Shown here: positions 41,436 to 55,534 of the stretch, in pieces | How positions within the stretch are numbered: position 1 is the first letter of the stretch | How the letters are laid out: each line of letters opens with the position of its first letter | DNA from: Trichoplax sp. H2 | Lineage: Eukaryota | Assembly (NCBI GenBank): GCA_003344405.1 | Contig: NOWV01000214.1 | Location: 1-64,000, forward strand | Direction of reading: 5' to 3' | DNA: 64,000 bases | Made by a program: the position numbers and the translations under genes | The notes under the pieces: model-generated | The model's input: the letters and a program-made list of their open reading frames with translations, nothing else | Databases searched by the model: none | Told to the model about the DNA's origin: nothing

Positions 41436-44400
41436 TTACAGACAGTTAAGCAGGAAACATTTCATATCGTCAAGTTCCTTTCTTGTCGTGTTCGAGCTGC
41501 CATAATGAAGGTCAAATAGAGCGATAGCTGCATTAATGGTAGCTAGAGCTTCATTTATTTGTTTACTGTAAAGGAATACAATAATTAAGTTAAAAATAAT
41601 ACGTGAGGTACTAAACATTAGACCATAACACCGTTCATCAATCGTTCTTGAAAACTAGGTCTAATTACAAATTATAAACCTTTATCCACCAGAATAAAAT
41701 GTATAACAAAAGCTACCATTACAGTTACAATCTAAAAATTGATCGATTCTAAAAGCGACTTACCCGTTAAAGTAAAGAAGAGCCAATTTATGTAATTCGT
41801 TTGCATATTCAATACTATTGTTACCATAGATAAACTGGACTGTTTTGACACTTTTGTGGCAAGCCGTGCTTGCACTTTTCCAGTTCCCTTATTTTATGAC
41901 AAATCCAATATAATCAAGTTAGGACAAGCAACAAAATTAACTTAGATTTAGTAAAACCAACATCAAATTCACAAACAACACAGTCCGACAGCATTTAAAG
42001 TGTCGAAATAATCAAGACCTTCCTCATTGATTTCTAATCTAGTCGCCGCAATGTGTATAACTAGTATCCAATCTAAGATGTAAAGCATTAATTACCTATT
42101 TCAGCATATAATTTTGCTAATGAGTCGTAAGTGAAAGAAAGGTCTAAATTGAATTTGTGGAGAAGCTGTAATCGATCTGACAGGCATTCCTTCATAGTTG
42201 CAATACCAGCTAAAACAATAAGCATTTGTATCATACTCTGATCAGTATTAGCTCATATAGCCTGGCTATGATGTATACGTATGTAGATAATATTATTTTT
42301 CGAAATCCGTTGTATAAACCAGAAAATACGAACACCAAGAACGAACTATCTAACAGTTTTCCGTAAATAAAGTTTATTGTTACAAATTAAAATTTTTACC
42401 TTGGATATTACCATCTTCAGATAATTTTTGAGCTCTTAAAAATAGACGATTACATCGTGAAATCTTCTATAAATATGGTATAAAATAATATTAAAATTGT
42501 ATTACCTTACTATACAAGGATAAACTAGTAGCTCATTGTATACTCAACATACTCGTAAAACTTCAGTTGAATCGATTAGCCATTGACAATTCTGGCACCT
42601 ATAAAAAGCCTCATCTTTATCTGTCTGAAAGATTAACTTAGATTAGGCAGACTCTTTGAATAAATAAATTTTTAGCTGCTAGATGGAAACTAACTTGCTT
42701 AACTGGACCATCGCATTTTTTACACTTTAGTGCATTTCCATATAATTCTGCGTTCGATAGATTGCTGTCACTGACAGGATAAAGACAATATACGTACAAA
42801 ATTTTTCGTAGAATGATTTTGAATATTATTCATGAATCTTACTACTAATATCAATCCTAGAAATTAGTTTCACCTCTGACAAGCATCACATGAACAGGTG
42901 AAATAATACTGCTTCAACAGTACATCAATTCTTTCTTTTCGAGTCATATGATTAATATGTGGTCCTTTTCATGAAAAAAAACATTAATATGGTGTTTCGC
43001 TTAGTATACGATTTCTGACATGGAAAGCAACGTTAAACGATACAGAATACATACCGTAGCAGTGTGTGACATCGACATCTTTAGCAATATTACAAGTAGC
43101 CTTGAACGTGATATCTCTTCCTGTGAAACTAGACATTGAAGTTGTCTCATACAAACAGTAAATCCGATATTATTTATAAATTCTATCACAGAGTACACAT
43201 ACGCGTACATTCAGCAGTACAATGTGAAATTCTTATCAAATACTGGAAATTAGTAGATACCTTACAATAGTGTTAGGATTGCAAGAATGATTGAATAAGC
43301 TGGAATTTAGATATAAAGCCAGAGCTATTCTCTCCTGCCGATTTTGACTAACATGGTGCAAATCGTTATATTCTGGGCAAACTACCTTACGCCATTTTGA
43401 GATTGTTACCAATTTAGTAATAGCATGAACATTAGTTCTTAGTTGCTGGATATGCGATACCAACATCAACGCAATATCGATGTTGTTCAAATTCTTAAAT
43501 GCCGGTTGGTATTGATCATTTTTCAAAATTTTATCATCGGTGGATACGTTCAAATCCTGAATCCATCGGATGATTCGTTGACTAAACATGAAGCTCAGAA
43601 AGCAAGATTCCTATAATATTCGGAAAAAATAATTTTAAATCTTTCAGGATTGCTTATTATATTCCGTTAAAACTTTAGAAAATCACAAATATAAAATATG
43701 ATGCTAACAATGTAAAAGTGATTCATTTGTTCCAAGGTATACTTTTCGTGATGATTTAAAAGAGAGCAAGTATTGTAATAGTTTCCTGCAGGGCGTAAGG
43801 ATATAAAAATAGCGTAGCAATGAAGATATGTAAAACTAAAATTCAAGGAATAGCAATGAGTCATACTGGAATTATTAATTCTTCGTTCCACTTTGTTATC
43901 ATTTACATCTGTTAATTTATGTAACCCTTTGGTTAACCATTCATGAGGTTTGGCTCTAATTTTATGGCAACATATGTCTGTATAGGAGAGATTTTTTAAT
44001 TATAGCTCTATTAATCCTTTATGACATTTAATTTGACGAAAGCTTAGGAAACAAATATCAGAATATTGTGTATATATATATTAACAATCATTCACCTAGA
44101 ATTTCAGATCTTGATGAGGAAAGTAAAATACGCAAGCTTAAGCGAGTACCATCGTCAACCTTTATTCAGATATACGTACATGTAAGATCATTCACCTAGA
44201 ATTTCAGATCTTGATGAGGAAAGTAAAATACGCAAGCTTAAGCGAGTACCATCGTCAACCTTTATTCAGATATACGTACATGTAAGATCAAGGTCTATCT
44301 CCAATATTTAATGAAGAATACAAAATATTCCACATAGCAATAAAGGTAAAATAAAATTAAGAGACTTGACTGTAGGTACCTGTTGCAATATTTCAAATGA

Positions 44401-46119
44401 ATGACATTCTATCCAATGGTAAAGCCGCCAAGCTTTATCGCGACAAAGGCTAGAACAATAACAACCTGAAGAACACAAGGGGCACCTAGCATACATGTAA
44501 AATGGGAAAATGAATGATATGCATTTTAGCATAAACTATATTCTATCGTAATGGTAGTTCAATTATTACATACGGTGTAACTGCTACAATTTCTTCATAA
44601 CAATAATCACAATGTAGGTAGTGCCACTTAGAATTTAGGATGGATGCGTACGGTGCCTCTATCATTACAATTTCTCCCTTACTGATGATATTAGCAGCCT
44701 GTAAAATTAAAATATTACGCATCTGAAGCTATATTTAATTCAGCCAGTATAATTCTCCTTTAGAAAGGATATTGCTGTAATCTACTTGTATGTAATATAC
44801 ATGCTTAATTAATGTTAATTAATTTCAACCATAGACATATACGCAAATTCTATTTCATCTTCACCATACCTTATAAGACCGTCCAGCTTCTTTTGAATAG
44901 TGTACTCGCAGTTTATCGGATCGAAAAGGTGTAGCTGTCGATGACAATGACGATTGTGTCAACGGATTTCTGTAGTTACATAGATATACTGTTTGAGTAA
45001 ATTATAATTAGCTGTCATTCTGGATAACAAGTCACATATATCTAATTTACTGATGCAGTTTAGTGTTGCAAAGAGACTTGCGTTTGTCCAATTTACTCCG
45101 TAATTCCGATGGGTAACCAAGTTCCAATGCACTCTCTATGTCTTGTGAACATTCCTGGAGCAAATAGGATAAAAAAGTAAGTAATGAAACGTAACTTTTA
45201 ATAGCAACTAATAGTTAAGATTATATTCTTAACAACATAGTAATCAATGGTATCGACACTCTATTTCAAGTTAACCTTAAACTTTTGTAATTTAAAAAAA
45301 ACAGCTGATCGATTAGCTAAAGCCAGAGCAAGCAATGATGTTGTAGAGGGGTTCGGGGCAAAACATATACTTTTATTATACCAATATAACGCCAAATGAT
45401 CCTCTTTCGATTGGAAGTGTTTATTGCCTTCTAAGCGATATCTTTCTGATTCCTCACGATTTTTACATCTGCAATCGCTGATGCTAGGACGTTGAGTATG
45501 CTCCTCCTTGATACATTTTTCATATTTATCTTTCCATTTTAAAATAGAATCATTATCCCTATAAGGTGATCCACAAGTTAGTCATAGTCTACGTATTTGC
45601 AGGTAAGTATTATACAGTATATGGATCCACAGTTAATAAGGGCTAACTGTGCTAATTAAAATAAAAATTGTCTGCATATTTACGTTTTATATAATGTATT
45701 GAACTACCATCCATTTCAATCTTAATTTATATTATAATAATTATTATCAGTGCACATTATCAGCTCTATGAACTGTAGTAGTTATGTCAAGTAAACTGTA
45801 TTATGCCTTAGCTATTGCAAATTAGTGCAGCAGAAAGAGATCTCACAGCCAATTCTTAAGTTACGATCAGATCAAATAAAGGTTTACATGCAGTAATTGA
45901 GTTACTATCAGCGATATAGCATTATGCTTTGCATAATAAGAGGACTACTTTAAGAACGAGGACTGAACGTAACACGTTTATGCTACTGCTTTTACTTATA
46001 GGATTTACCAATTACCTTAACTTTGCCAAGATGTATTCTATTTTGTCCCTTTCTAATGTTAAGCGGCTATAATCGCTGTCTTGAGTGATATTTTGAATTA
46101 ATTCATCCAGTTTGAGCAT
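41436..46119 (-). CDS. SMYD4: SET and MYND domain-containing protein 4-like (TPR + split SET + zf-MYND), multi-exon
   Basis: Exon 1 MLKLDELIQN...; TPR SERYRLEGNKHFQ...LALALANRSAVF; SET-N LRVHYSKEAGRSY...IISKGEIVMIEAPYASIL; MYND CDYC...CPLCSSGCYCSSLCRDKAWRLYHWIEC; SET-C QQLRTNVHAI...ALYLNSSLFNHSCNPN; post-SET LLKQYYFTCSCDAC; ends ...LDDMKCFLLNCL*. Confidence 0.88.
44087..44290. repeat. Exact 100-bp tandem duplication containing a whole SMYD4 exon
   Basis: 44087-44186 is identical to 44187-44286. Each copy holds a 64-nt exon (44096-44159 and 44196-44259) encoding VDDGTRLSLRILLSSSRSEIL with its AG/GT sites. Confidence 0.95.
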
Positions 46120-46875
46120 CGTTGTTAATCTTGCTTTCTCGAACAACCTGAATATTAAGCCTGAAATTCCCAGCTGTAATTTGTAAAGTTGCTACTTTAA
46201 ATTAAATTAAACGTATGCGACATTTTCCTATTGTAAAATAATTTCAATTTCAATAAATGATGGACGTCCAAGAATTTGATTCCCAAAGCCTACCAATGGC
46301 ATTTACAGCTTCCTGTTTGCAATTACAGCTATAATATACAGAATTGCTATCATACGGAAATTTCGATGATTTTGGTACTCTATTACGCACTCCCTCAAAT
46401 TATTCGAGGCCCAATTTAGAGTCATTGAAGCAGACGATGAAGCTTTCAAGATTTTGTTAATCCCAAAAGTTTTTGCAAGTGCTGCTTGCAGTTTCCAACG
46501 AATGCCACACCTATAATTTACTAAGCGATTGCTACACTATACCATACGCCAAATTAGATGCAATATAAGCTCATTTTAGCAGTCATTGCCACTAAATAGG
46601 TGCCAGACTACACGTACTTCGACTCTAATTCCGAATCCCTGTTGAAGGTGCTTGCAGAAGGTTGCCTGCACAAGGTTGCTTGCAGTACGTTGCTTGCAGA
46701 AAGTGCTTGCGGGTTCGCGTTCGTATTTGCAGTACAGTAGACTGTACCGTACAGTACTGTGATGTGTGTACCAAATTGACTGTTCAATACACGACTACTG
46801 TGTTTGTACAGCACATTACCGCTGGGGCTATACTAGAGCTCATTCTACTATAGTAATAACTCACTCAGGGTATAA

Positions 46876-46961
46876 CCATCATGGACTACTGGAAAAATAC
46901 TACTAGATTTTTTTCTAGTAGTCCATGGTACAACCATAGAGGTAAGAGAAATATCTCTATG
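46876..46961. repeat. Two adjacent short inverted repeats (MITE-like palindromes)
   Basis: catggactactggaaaaa...tttttctagtagtccatg (18-bp stem, one G-T pair) and catagaggta...tatctctatg. A related accatag...ctatggt lies at 5139-5162. Confidence 0.65.
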
Positions 46962-48192
46962 AGTAGAGTAGATTTTAGAGTACTAAAGGGCCAATTTACA
47001 GATTGTGATGCTGCAGAGTAGGGACATTACTGGAATATAATTATAATTCATCAGCTATTACCATGGTCATCACTCATTTAGGCATAATAAGCTTGGAAGT
47101 GCCAATAGGCTGTTAAAGCTTGTTATTATTATTAATTATCGTAAACTAATTGAATCCGCATTCAGGAAAGTAATAAAGTTTGTATATAGCAATGTCGTAT
47201 GGTAGAGGTATTACTGCACTCTGGTACAAATCTAGCAACAAATAAATTGAATTGGGGTTCATGCATTTGTTGCACAGGTTGAAAATGATATGTCCAACTC
47301 TCGACCATGCCCGTGTTCATCGGACCATAAGTACAGTATGCCCGTAAATTAGTTATAATTCATCAGAATTGATCGCATATTTTGCTACGATTACGGTAAT
47401 ACATCTTATTGCTTCTTGAATACAAGCAGAACAATATAGCATTACCTATTATATTATTTGTCTTATTTATAGTACATAATAAGAATAAAAATGTATGTAA
47501 TGCACTTAAAGTTTGCAATGGCTCATTTACCTCATTTCCTTGCGACAAATAGTCTTTATTTCGAAATTTCTCTAGACTCATCATTAAAGGCATAAACAAA
47601 GGCTTTACAATCATAACAAAATCTATTAATATCGTGACAAATGATCAGGTGTTTGCTACTTTATTTCACGCACAGTCTGCCATTGACTATCGAACACGAT
47701 GATTAATATTAGCGAGTCACTTGTCACTACAATGTGCGATTAAATTACAACAACTTGTACAATTATAAAATTTCATCTGAGATCCACTAGAAAGGGTCTA
47801 ATTCTTACTGTCTTTCTTACATACCCATGCTTCAAAGAAATACGACACGAATTCGTGATATGATTACTTTTCAAATTAAATACACAAATTAAGATTGTAT
47901 GCTGTACACGTAATTGCGATAATTTTGTCTTAGATACAGTAAAAATTTTTAAACATGGATGAGTTGATTTACACGTCAGGATGTCTTCAAGGTGTATATA
48001 TATCATATTCTACCAATTCTTTCTCTATTAAAAAACACGTTACGTGTACTGAATCATGTATTCAGGCTTACATAAATCATTCAACCAAAAGACATATTAC
48101 AAATCTTAGAAAGAAATCAAATAGTGATATGAATTGATGATCCACATTCAGCACACTTTGCTATCCAAAATCCTTTAAACCATGATAAATAT

Positions 48193-51100
48193 TTATATCG
48201 TTTTATTTGCTATAGTATCACGTGCAACTTGAAACGCAGCAATAAGCGATGAAAGTTGTATTTTCTCCGACGTCCCTGAAGCTAATCTATATCTATGATT
48301 AAAATCAATTAATTAAATGACAACACGTTACTTTCGGCATGCTATACGTGAAAGATGATTCGACATGTTAATTTAACAACTCTAAACATTAACTGAAAAA
48401 TCAACAGTAGAGCGCTTACTCTAGTTCTGCCATCTTATCTAGCAAGTGTATCCTGACGTCCGTCGGAAAGTCAACTGCAATACGTTGTAGGAATAAAGCG
48501 TTATAAATGATACTATCAAATATACCGTAGCACTAAAGCCATACAAGTAGTCAAAGATATCATAGACACAGCGACAATACTTACTTCGATGAATATATGC
48601 ATGGATATCCGTTAAAATATCATTTAAAGCCAGTCCTTTAGCTATTTTCAATTGCATTATATCTATAATAGTCCGAGATAATTAAACAGCTCAAAAAATA
48701 AAATATAGGCATATGTACCATAACTAGGTCTGTATCAACAACATACACGAATATCGATCTTTACGTAGCTAATATCAGATAAATAAGCACTACCGTTATA
48801 GGCACTACGAAAATCTTTATTGAGCATCCACTCGATAATATTAGCAATGTCTTCTTTTAAAGGATTGCCAGTACATAAATACACGTTGGTAGAATCAACA
48901 ACATCGTACGCCATGGATGTACTCTATTTTAAAAATCAGTTATTTTGAGGTTAATTTCGAATCTTTAAATGAATACTCTCTTATAACCATAATGATAAAT
49001 GGACCTGCAATATATTTAGAGCTCTTCTCATGTCCCCTTTAGATAGCTCTACAATCGCCTTGATACCATCAGCATCGATATTGACACTGTAAAAATGATA
49101 TCATTTCCATGCAAAATTTTATTGATAGCAATTACTATAAAACGCACATCTACAAGTATTCTCATATAGTCATTCATTTACCTTTCCTCATTTATAACGT
49201 GTTGTAGGCGATTGCACATTTGGTCTTCACTTAAGGGTGCAAATCGAAATCTGGTACATCTCGATTGTAAAGCAGGAATTATTTTCGATAGATAATTACA
49301 TATTATGCAAAACCGCGTATTATCCGTATACTTTTCAATAACTAACCAGAAATAAAAAAATATGCAATATTATCTATAATTCATAGTAATAAAATTTTTT
49401 GGAAAGAATAATAACTGCTACGTATTCGATTACCTCTTCTGAGGGCATTTTGAGCGTCGTTCGTCATCTCGTCCGCTTCGTCTAGAATGATTAGTTTCAA
49501 ATTTTTCCTAATTTTTTTAAGTTTGGATATGTGTCAATTAATTATAGCATTTAACAATGTAATGCTATCTTGGCTAAATTACAGTTTCAACGTTTAGCAT
49601 TAGCTACTGGATTGAGAAGGAAAAGCTTTGCTTGATTTTAAAATAATATCGAGATCGTAATCACGTCAGCATACTTGAATATAGTCCTTGTACTGGCGAA
49701 ATTCAGAATGGGGCCTCGAACTATTCCAATGCCTCTATCATCAGAAGCATTCAGCTATATAAAAGTGTAATTTCATTCGATAGTAAGTTAATCAACATTA
49801 CGTGGAAGAACCTGGTTTGAACAGGTCAGATCGAAATCGTATTACAGTATATGTGCAGTACAATAATTAGCGTAAGTATCTCCGCTACATATCTAAATAT
49901 TGTATCTTAGTGCTATAACTTAATGCATTCGTTCTCTAAGGCGCTATAATAAATTATAATTGCAACTATCATCATGATTATAATGAAATTGGCGTTGTAC
50001 AACACAGTCAATTTTGTTAATCATATACTGCATACGTAGCGCTTACTAGTTTCGCGTTAATATAATGAAGTTGTATTTCATTAGCGACAGAAATTGAATA
50101 GCGACCATGGCTATATTTACCTCTAACATCATGGAATTCAATTCCTTTGGTGAATACATAGTCTTAGCACAGGCTAAAATGGTGGAAGTTTTACCAGTTC
50201 CAGGAGGTCCATAAAATAGTAAATGGGGTAGGCGATCTTCCACAATAAATTTTTGAACTACGCATAGCGGAATACATAAAAGTGAATTGTACGAATAGCA
50301 TAGATAGCTCTACTTTAGTTTATTACTATACTGTATTAGTATATCAAATCAAAGACGTAGCATTATTAATCCATCATTAGACTTGGCTTCGTTTCAATAT
50401 ATAACTTGATCAGATATAAAGTATATGATACTGTAAACTGAAGCCGTTGTAGACTGTCATGACCGAAATGAAGGACATGACGAAGTAAAGGCTATAATTC
50501 TGTAATGAACCATAGCCTACAGTACTACCTGAATAGTAACTTAAGGTAGAGTATGATACAATGAAATCGCGCAACATACTTGTACTGATGATGTCCTTGT
50601 GAGAAATCAGCTCATCCAAACTTTGAGGACGGTATTTTTCTATCCTGTCAAGAGGAACGATAGATATCAGTTCAATGTAGTTCAAAAGAAACGATTAAGT
50701 GATACGAAATTTAGTTTTATCAGTGTTTCCACTATTGTTCATGCAGGGTAGTAAAATTAGCAGAGGTAAGCCATGCAATCTTCATTACTATTAACCGTAA
50801 ATAATCCACATAACTGGTTATTTAAGCCATGGCTGTCATACCGTGTTAATGATGAGTCCGCTATAAGAATGTTAACTTTATGATTAAATAGGGTATAACG
50901 TACTTTATGAGCAATTGCAACGTGATGACTACGCAAGGTTTGCTACTTATTTTTAGCTAAGCCATGCAGCAAGGATTAGAGCCAAACCATTTTTCTACAT
51001 CAATACCATAATGCTTGGGTATCACAACTGATGAAAATGAATGTCACAGTTTATAATAATCTAAATCTACTGCTTGCAACTAACGCTATCAGACGAGCAG

Positions 51101-51661
51101 TTCATCTTATCTCAACTGTACAATCAATTCTTATCTAGCAAAATTAGCTGATACTGTAGTGGAAGGCAGAGAGACAGCCATCGAGAACAACTTTAACATA
51201 TTACTGTAACGGCTAATTGAAAATGATAGCGTATCCAAACGTTGCGCATGAAAGATCTCGTATCTACAAGCTCGTGTTTATTACCAACGTCCCATACTAA
51301 AGTAACACGGCGATAGCAGTTTGAGATGGTTGCAGATTATCAGGATATAAAATTAATAGCATCATTTTACCAAGCTGCTTTATTGCAGCTGATCAACATG
51401 GCGAATGGTATCCATTATGATTCATCTTCATAAGGATCACGCAATTCTACGACTGTATCACAGTAACTATCTATATGCATTCACAATCGATGTACACTAT
51501 CGATAACTATATCCATTGTGGAAGGAAAAAAAGTTAGCTAAAGTAGTATACAGAAAGCGGTTATTATGCTAGTTTACGATCGATTAACAACAACAGTAAA
51601 AATGTCGGCAATGGCAAGCAATGTATTCTTCTTACCATGGTAAGTTTTTTCTATCCGTCAT
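48193..51661 (-). CDS. RFC5: Replication factor C subunit 5, multi-exon
   Basis: MTDRKNLPW/IEKYRPQSLDELISHKDIISTI/...EDRLPHLLFYGPPGTGKTSTILACAK/LNASDDRGIGIVRGPILNFASTRTIFK/LIILDEADEMTNDAQNALRR/VIEKYTDNTRFCIICNYLSKIIPALQSRCTRFRFAPL/...KGLALNDIL/...RLASGTSEKIQLSSLIAAFQVARDTIANKTI*. The match is specific to RFC5. Confidence 0.95.
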
Positions 51662-52486
51662 GCTTGCATAAATTTAATCGATCAAGGACAATAAGAATAG
51701 AAGCTCTGTATATCAATGGATTCTACAGTAAAGCTACTTTATCCATCCACTGCAAGTGGAAAAAATGGCCAGGCTAGCTCAGAAGTTGTGGCTGCAGCAC
51801 TGCAGAGATTTGTTGTCGGGACAACCTTTCACCAGCCTTGAGGTCAACGATGCTGTTGCTACAGTATAGAGCAACGATCGTACTAGCAGCCTAGGGGGTG
51901 GTATAACATCGCCGTTTGCGCTGGTGTCGCTGCAGTATAGTGTCTTATACAGGCGATCATTGACTGACATTAAACCGTCAATTTCATACCAAGCGAAGCG
52001 GATACCTTTGGCGCGAAAAAGGGATGCTACACCGGGGGGGGGGGGGCTGAGATATGGTGACTTGCGTTGTCCAATACGCAAACTGTATCAACTGCATAAG
52101 GCGATACTATACCCTTGTATTCGAGGCAAAGTATGGTACTGTATACTATGTGATAGCTGCTGCGTGTAAAATGAACTACCATCCCCTTCTATCATAGATC
52201 ATATCGTCAGTATGTTGAAAACGATCCAAGCAGTGACAACGATTGTGCACAGTGCAAATTCATCCATTCTCAGCTTATTTACCTTCGTCTTAATCTGCCA
52301 AACACCATGCTTAGGGGATTGGATTAGGCTTGGATGGTAGATTAAAAGCCAATATTATTTTAAGCAAGAGTGATCACTGGTGATCTTTTATCTTAAAGGC
52401 TATCACTGAGCTCCTCTACTGAGTTGTTATCCTTTCTACCATGGAATGATCAACATCTGGACTAATAAAACAACTGCAATAAAATA
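51662..52486. promoter_or_regulatory. Probable bidirectional promoter RFC5(-)/ZSWIM7(+)
   Basis: Head-to-head genes ~0.8 kb apart with a CpG-richer core, an E2F-like tttggcgcgaaa at ~52007-52018, a poly-G tract at ~52033-52046 and a CCAAT at ~52071. Confidence 0.55.
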
Positions 52487-54613
52487 ATGCCCGATGTCCT
52501 TGATGACGTGATGATCCAGCTATTTGCAGAAGTGGCTACCAGCTACAAGTTGTATAAGCGAAGTAAGTCTTCTTAGAAGAATACCTTTTACTTACTATTA
52601 CCGTATAACTTGAACAGATACTTACTTAAAAACAGGCTATTATAAAGGTTGTACGGTAATATCCAAGATAGAGACTCGATACAACAAGTTGTATCCATTT
52701 CAATTTGGTTCCATCGTACAGTCCATTAGCTGCACATTATCTTAGATGCTGTAAGACTAGTTAATGTAGTGACTGTTGTGACAGCAATCTATGGCTTATA
52801 TGTATCTCTAGTGTACGTCTAATGAATACTTTAAGTTGCAATCAAAGTGGGTGCTACTCAATGGTAGTTGAAACAAGGCTGGGGACATGTCAAGGCGCAT
52901 TTCTTGTCTAAAGTGAACTCTCCACTATACTTACTTTTGAATCCCTTGACATGGTAGCCTATCACCAATCCAGTCGTGTCTCTTTCTCCAAAAAACAAAG
53001 TTAGAATTGTAAATCAAGCACCCTTAATTCAGGAACTAATAAAAATCTCATGACGCGATAACGATCGATCTTTGTGAAATAATTATCTTAAGTTCGATTT
53101 CAAGTAGTCATAAAATTATTAAACTGTATTATTAACTTGAAAGGAATTACAATTGGTGGAGTAATGATGTACTGTTCGTGTTTAATACAATCATGAAACA
53201 CTATTACAGCTATCTTATTGACTAACATAATGCTCTCTATTTGCTTTCAGTAACCAATAACATCCTCCTGGCGTAAGTATCTATGAATATTATCCTGAAT
53301 AGCTGAAGATATTAGTATCGACTCAGCTTAGGGAGACTTTTACTTGTAGCGATACTCATATTGAAGTTAATTGTTTAACGAATGTAGTATAATCATCCTA
53401 TTTATTATAGTATATGAATAATCACTTGCAAAAATGGATCGTGCAAGTTGATGCAAAGGCTATCATTCTATAATTTTCCAATAGTATTGTCAGTCTAAAT
53501 TATGCGCTCTTAGGATATCACATCGACATTGTATCTTTGGTCGAATTCAGTTAAAATCATGATGGCATACACTAGTTGAAGCACCTTTTATGAGTGTTTC
53601 TTTCAGATACGTAGTAAAACGTTGCTGTAATACAGTTATAAAATATTCATTCTAGCAATTGGATGCTCTTCTATAGAATGAGTGATTTTCTCGTATTAAT
53701 CTCCGTTATCCCAACTGTAGGTTGCATTTTTTATTTCAATCCACGTTATTACCAGCGCTAGATTTGGTCGATTCTGCAAATGTCGTAAAGTATGTTTCAA
53801 CTAGCGGCAGAACTGCCTATCAGGTAAGGGATAGATAATACATCAACTTTATTCATGTAGAGAATTGTCTGACTGATAATGAAACTCTTAAAAAAACGTA
53901 CCCTTACAACGTGAAGGTAACAGGATTAAGTGGCGAAAAGTATGTCTGCTTTCAAAAGTTAAAGTACTGTAGCTGCCCGAGCTATCTACACTCTGGTATG
54001 CCACGTGAATGAATAACATCGTGTAATCGCTTTTGGATATTGCATTCCTTTTGTAGTTCTAACTGATACATCTATTTTTATGTATGGATACTTTTGATCG
54101 CATTTTTATCGGCAAAAATTAGTATTACCGAAAAATATTATCTTGGTAAGCTTTATTTACTTGTTGATTGATATGTAACCAAACGATTCTATTAAGCAAT
54201 ATTGTAAACATGAGTGCAAGTGTTGAGTAAAAAGTTTGACGATCGATTTATTTTGTCGGTCTGTGTAATTGTATGTGTGTGGTAGTATACGCGGTAGTTT
54301 ATTCATTAGATTCCTCCAAAGTAAGTGCGTGTGTCATAACTGTTAGTGCTGTAGTGGAGTCTATGATCTAAACAGTGAGAAGCATATTGTCAGTTGCTTC
54401 CTAGAAGTTATTCAGTCATTGAGTTTGTATTTTTGACTATTATTATGATGAAATCATTTTATTTTTATTATTGAAAAGTGCAAGCATCGCTTAGCGGTCG
54501 AATTAGTTGAAGCCATGGATGTATGCCCCATCTGGAATGTATCCGATGAAGAATTGAGTGCGTTCTTAAATCATTGTGCTAACAGTTTTATCATCACATC
54601 TGGAAAGAATTAA
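52487..54613 (+). CDS. ZSWIM7: Zinc finger SWIM domain-containing protein 7 (SWS1, Shu complex), 6 exons
   Basis: MPDVLDDVMIQLFAEVATSYKLYKR/ITNNILLA/LHFLFQSTLLPALDLVDSANVVKYVSTSGRTAYQ/VTGLSGEKYVCFQKLKYCSCPSYLHS/VLPKNIIL/CKHRLAVELVEAM...VSDEELSAFL...*. It has the SWIM CxCx(n)CxH motif and the ALDLVD...SGR..YQV motif of ZSWIM7. Confidence 0.9.
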
Positions 54614-55534
54614 ACCAATATTGGAGATACTATGTACTCGTATAATATAAAAAGTGTTTATGTACCCCATGTTATATAGTGATGAATGGATATTGTAAGA
54701 TAATCAAGGATGAAACAATTTTATGTGCTCGTGTATAGGGGTTCTCATCGAATTGCTGCAAACGTCTATACCCTATCACTATTTATTTTTGTTTCAGCTG
54801 GTATTTGAGTCACTGGCCTCTACTTTTTCTTCAATCGCTTGACCAGTAGTAGACTTGCAAAATCAGCGTTGATAGACTGCGTGACGTCGTCGTTTTGTAA
54901 TTTTAGTTTTGTACTCTTGAATTTAAAAATTTCAGATAAACTACAAGAATATCCAACCGAAGCGATGGTACAGCATTTGTTGTTGACAACGTTGGCTACA
55001 GGGCTTGATCGACGACCTTTATCCGAAATGATGAACATGATATTGTACAGTACATAATTTGTGCTATCTGTTAGTCCGTTAAAGCTATCAATTTTGGTCA
55101 TGACTCTGACTGATGGTCTTCAATTAATAAAATACAGTTGATCCACCATGATATTGTATAGTACAACTGTATCGAGTTATTGAAGGTATTTCATAAGTAA
55201 TCCACTTCAATCCTTAGTAAACAAGCGTACATACTGTTTATTCGTCTATTATAATCAATCAGCAAGTTCATTCATTCTATAACCTTTATTGGCATGACTA
55301 TTAATTAATAATTAGCATAGGCATTCATTTGCTCTCTCCATTTTGGGAAAAGGTTATGGTTTGACTCAACTCCTGTTGAGGAATACTAAAACGAATCTCC
55401 TAGGAAGCATTAGCTACTGCTAAATCGAACGAAAATTGAACTATTTTTATATTTGAACTTTGGACAAATTATAGCAGTCCAATTTAGGAGGGTGAGACCT
55501 TGTCTAAAAAAATTAACAGAAAAATATGACCACC

